Source: Octopus sinensis
Taxonomy: Eukaryota
NCBI RefSeq assembly: GCF_006345805.1
Contig: NW_021827019.1
Span: 1 to 11,356 of the forward strand
DNA: 11,356 nt
Reading direction: 5' to 3'
The notes under the pieces are model-generated. The model saw only the letters and a program-made list of their open reading frames with translations, made no database searches and was not told the origin of the DNA. Shown here piece by piece: positions 7,735 through 11,356 of the stretch (the first letter of the stretch is position 1; each line of letters opens with the position of its first letter). Both the position numbers and the translations under genes were made by a program.

Positions 7735-9084
7735 AAATGATGATAGGACAAAGGTTAATTTCCTTGATCTTACATTCAACTTAAATACATCTTTATATTT
7801 CTCATACCATTAAACCTTCAACCAATCTAAAAAATATCAGTAGTTTTAGCAATCAACCTACTAATATAATAAAAAATGTGGTTAAAAACATATCGCTTAA
7901 AATCTCTAATAATCTGTTTGATAGTAGTTATACTAATAATAATATTGATAATACTCATAATGTTTCTCCCATAGGTAATAAACCAGATAATAACCCCTTA
8001 TAGCAAAATAGCCAAAAACATAATTTTAGAAAATTAAAAAAATAAACAGTCTAAGGGAGGTAACTATATTTCCCTACCTTTTCTGGAAAAATGAAAAATA
8101 TAAAATGCTTCAGGCTTTTTATTGTGAAATCTCCCTATAAATCGCATGAACCTAGTAAAACTATTTAGTTTACTATTCCAGATGGAAAACAAGTTAAAAG
8201 TAACCTTCCTTACCAATTTCGTCAAGCAATCCAAAGGAACTTTCCCCAAAATTCCAGATACCACTCCGTTCTCAACGCACATCGTATCCAAATTCTTTTC
8301 TCCAACACCAATAACCTCCTACACATTATTTCCTCGCATAACACATATGTTCTGAACGCTAAAAGGGTTTCGCTTAATAATTGTAATAACAACAAAAATA
8401 ATAATGATAATGTATCCTTAAATAATAGTACCAATAGTAATAGTCCTCTTAATTGTGGTCCGAATAAAACTAATGTTCTCAAGGGAAATTGCAGAATTAA
8501 AAGCGTTGTTTATCAACGGAAAATTTCTGCAGGATCTAAGTAATATATTGGGTTTCATCCACGGAATTTAAAAAAAAAACACCTTTCTACGTTTAAATAT
8601 ATTAATAAACGTAATACTACAGTCCTTAGTAAAATAATTTGGCATCTCAAAGACTGTTATAAACAATTTTTTTTGGATAGGAAAATGTTGTCTAGATCGT
8701 TTCCCTATGATATAAAGAAAACTTTCTGCTCTCTTTGTAAGGACGAACAAGTATTTACCCATTTTTCCTAACACACATTGGTCAACACCAGTAAAGAACA
8801 TGTTTACAAGTATTTACATTGAAAAAACACTCTCTCAGCTATTTCAAATAATATCTGCCCCCTTACTTAATAATATCTGCAACTTAAACTTTAATTTTTC
8901 ATCTCATATATCCTATTCTTTCTTTCATCTTTTCTATCTATCTGCCATTCACTTCTATTTGTTTATACCTCCATTACTCCTTTGATTATCTTTCTCTCTC
9001 CCTTTTTCTTCTCTCGTAGTATGACGTCAAATTTCTTAACGGTGTTTTAAAATTACTAGCGTCGTTATACACCGTAATTTTCCA
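7735..9084 (+). mobile_element. 5'-truncated, decayed Penelope-like retroelement (RT C-terminus, linker, GIY-YIG endonuclease, 3' UTR)
   Basis: Frame +2 gives DDRTKVNFLDLTFNLNTSLYFSYH (7739-7810). After a +1 shift, frame +3 gives KPSTNLKNISSFSNQPTNIIKNVVKNISLKISNN, then TI*FTIPDGKQVKSNLPYQFRQAIQRNFPQNSRYHSVLNAHRIQILFSNTNNLLHIISSHN, then LKGNCRIKSVVY (VVY 8505-8513), YIG (8544-8552), LSKIIWHLK and CSLC (8727-8738). Several in-frame stops. The ORF track misses this element. Confidence 0.88.
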
Positions 9085-9119
9085 TATATATATATATATA
9101 TATAATATATAATATATAT
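9085..9119. repeat. (TA)n tract abutting the Penelope-like element 3' end
   Basis: Read directly. Confidence 0.9.
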
Positions 9120-9294
9120 GTAGTTTCTTATATCTGTAAAAATGCCTTATTGGTGAGCACTGATGTTTATCCTCCTCCATTATTCTCCCTCTCGTATTAT
9201 TTTTCTTAAAAAAGTCTTTTTTTGCATGTTGAAAGTTTCTTAAGAGTATAGACCTAAAAGTCAATATTTACTGTTTAACAATAGATGTTATAAA

Positions 9295-9402
9295 CATATA
9301 TATACATATACACATGTGTATACATACACACGTATACATTCATATATATATAATATATATTATATATATATATATATAGTATATATATATATATATATAT
9401 AC

Positions 9403-9436
<34 letters not shown>
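9295..9436. repeat. Compound (TA)n/(CA)/(TG)n microsatellite
   Basis: Read directly. Confidence 0.95.
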
Positions 9437-9444
9437 CTTATGAA

Positions 9445-9751
9445 GGCGCATGACATAGTGGTTAGAGCGTCGAGCTTGTGAGTTCGATTCCCAGACCGGG
9501 CTGCGTGTTCTGTTCTTGAGCAAGACACTTTATTTCACGTTGCTCCAGTTCACTCAGCTGTAGAAATGAGTTGCGACATCACTGGTGCCAGGCTGTATCG
9601 ACCTTCGTCGTTCCTTTGGATAACATCAGTGGTAGAGAGAGGGAAGGCATGGGCGACTGCTGGTCTTCCACAAGCAACCTTTCCCAGACTTGCGACTCAG
9701 AGGGCAACTTTCTAGGTGCAATCCCACGGTCATTCATGACCGAAGGGGGTC
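9445..9751 (+). mobile_element. tRNA-derived SINE family B (CORE-like), near full length
   Basis: A box tgacatagtgg (9451-9461) and B box gagttcgattcc (9480-9491). The body ttcttgagcaagacactttatttcacgttgctccagttcactcagctgtagaaatgag aligns by eye with the CORE-SINE domain. 3' end gaccgaagggggtc. Has a 14-nt deletion in the anticodon-arm region relative to the 4568-4884 copy. Confidence 0.88.
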
Positions 9752-9759
9752 CCAATGCG

Positions 9760-9944
9760 CTTGGCTTAGATTTTCCTTTGGGGCTGGCCAGATCGGAGCA
9801 ATCTCAAGATTAATCAGCCGAAATTGCGAAGATGATCCGGTTCTTGACTGAAGATTGAAGGCTTCGAATGTCCCGTCCGTGTTTTTTGTATCGTCTTCTA
9901 AATGTTTCACGTTCTTGTCCCAGTTTGTATTTCTTTACATTTAC

Positions 9945-9945
<1 letters not shown>
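9760..9945. repeat. Probable unclassified interspersed-repeat fragment between a SINE and a microsatellite
   Basis: GC-richer segment (ggggctggccagatcggagcaatc...gtcccagtttgtatttc) ending at (TA)n. It resembles a repeat recalled from octopus DNA; there is no second copy in the window. Confidence 0.35.
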
Positions 9946-10030
<85 letters not shown>

Positions 10031-10058
10031 CGTGTGTGTGTGTGTGCGTGTGTGTGTT
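9944..10058. repeat. (TA)n-(TG)n compound microsatellite
   Basis: Read directly. Confidence 0.95.
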
Positions 10059-10554
10059 TGTCGCCTTACAGCCTCTTGACAACAGACCGATCCGGCCTTC
10101 TAAAATTCTTAAAGGCGGTGCCCCATCATGACCACAATCGTATAACTAAGACAGGTATAAAGATGACCTAAATTCATTGCAACTAAATCATTATTTTTAC
10201 ATTTAATTTCCTGTGAGATATCTCGTCTCTCTCAAACGAAAGTCGTCAAAGAAGTGCTCATCTATTCGAATATTGATAACAGTTTGAAAATAAATCCGAA
10301 AAACTAATTCAAATGCAGATTAGTTTCCACTTCACACAAACTTGCTGTAAGTCCTATAAAACGTGACTGAATTAAGGAAACGAATTCCGCTAAAAATTGA
10401 TTTCTTTTACAGCTTTGCCAGAAATGATATTTGTCCTTTCACATGGAAATCAGGTTGTAATTTTAATTAACACATCATTAATATTAATATTCTAATTGTA
10501 TGCGTGCGAATTATTTTCTGTTAGTTTATCTAGTCAGTTTGATTCCAAAATATA

Positions 10555-10557
10555 TGT

Positions 10558-10597
<40 letters not shown>
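10555..10597. repeat. (TA)n microsatellite
   Basis: Read directly. Confidence 0.95.
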
Positions 10598-10599
<2 letters not shown>

Positions 10600-10869
10600 A
10601 ACAGTGCTCATTCATTTTTATCTTCCTTACATAGAAAAGCCGTATCGTGCAGATCAATAAAACCAAACTACATTACCTGTTTGTATTTTCTATTTGTAAA
10701 TCGATTTATATAGTTGATAAATAATCTAAAGTATCAGATAATTGGACAGATTTGTGTGCTATGCTTCGGGAGGCAAAGCATTGCTATAATACGTGATGCG
10801 CTCCTCAATTATGCAATATGTAACTGGTCCGAATCACACGAAGGTGGGTGGGGTTTCTACTTTTGTGTG

Positions 10870-10975
10870 CATGCAAGAGTGTCAGGTTAAGAAGTGTGCT
10901 TCGTTATGACCTGGTTCTAGGTTCAATATCAATGCGGGGCACCTTGAATAATTGTTTCTTGCTCTAACCTGTTGG
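10870..10975 (+). mobile_element. Old, diverged SINE family C copy
   Basis: ggttaagaagtgtgcttcg...tggttctaggttcaatatcaatgcggggcaccttgaataattgtttcttgctctaacc parallels 7392-7485 (ggttcaatcccactccgtggcaactttggcatatgtcttttactata). Confidence 0.55.
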
Positions 10976-11236
10976 CCATTCTTTACGTGTCTAATAAGTC
11001 GACGAAAAAAACAAAAGCTAAAAAAAAAGGAATTCTGTCCGATATTTCCTGCCATGGGGAGTGGATGGAAATCGTCACTAGATATAGCAAAGACATCCTG
11101 ATATTTGAATGAATTTAGCACAATCTTCCCTGTCAGCACTAATATGTTAGAGAATTACAGAATTGTTTCACCATTGCAAAAACCTATAAGCTGGAAAGAT
11201 ATTTCTTCATTTTTCATTCTTGGCATCTTTACGAAA

Positions 11237-11294
11237 TACACACAAACGCACACACACGCACGCACACACACCCACACACCAACACACACACACA

Positions 11295-11325
<31 letters not shown>

Positions 11326-11356
11326 CCAACACACACACACATACATACACACATAA
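11237..11356. repeat. Imperfect (CA)n microsatellite running off the window end
   Basis: Read directly. Confidence 0.95.

Noticed and set aside
8820-8822. In-frame TGA in the Penelope-like ORF as possible selenocysteine, with ATGA at ~9020 as a possible SECIS
   Set aside because: The TGA follows the terminal His rather than replacing a Cys, the frame has several TAA/TAG stops, and the downstream stem lacks the 3' GA of a SECIS quartet.
9445-9500. tRNA genes at SINE heads (also 2480-2551, 4815-4884 and 7392-7445)
   Set aside because: A and B boxes are present, but no complete cloverleaf forms and each continues into a SINE body.
9798-9875. Possible type III hammerhead: ATC-tcaaga...tcttga-CTGAAGA (9848-9854)
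   Set aside because: Helix I fits, but the downstream box is GAAT rather than GAAA and no helix III partner follows. Worth re-testing only on a family consensus.
10882-11139. 85-aa minus-strand ORF
   Set aside because: It overlaps an antisense SINE fragment and a poly-T run, and has no recognisable domain.
1297-11356. ORFs rich in YI/CV/HT dipeptides in the supplied track
   Set aside because: They are translations of (TA)n, (TG)n and (CA)n microsatellites and have no protein signal.

Overview
AT-rich, microsatellite-dense eukaryotic non-coding DNA with no supportable intact gene. The repeat families look like those of octopod cephalopods (recognised from memory, not searched). The window holds two decayed retroelements: an APE-type LINE (1-1275, minus) and a 5'-truncated Penelope-like element with RT thumb and GIY-YIG endonuclease (7735-9084, plus). 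It also holds about ten SINE copies or fragments from about four families, many (TA)n/(TG)n arrays and several long palindromes. The most notable signals are a type I hammerhead-ribozyme candidate at 4015-4090 with a broken sister motif at 3738-3789, a palindrome-rich module at 4911-5400, an 88-bp near-perfect palindrome at 3378-3465, a chimeric SINE and a headless SINE dimer. Most ORFs in the supplied track are artefacts of microsatellites or SINEs.
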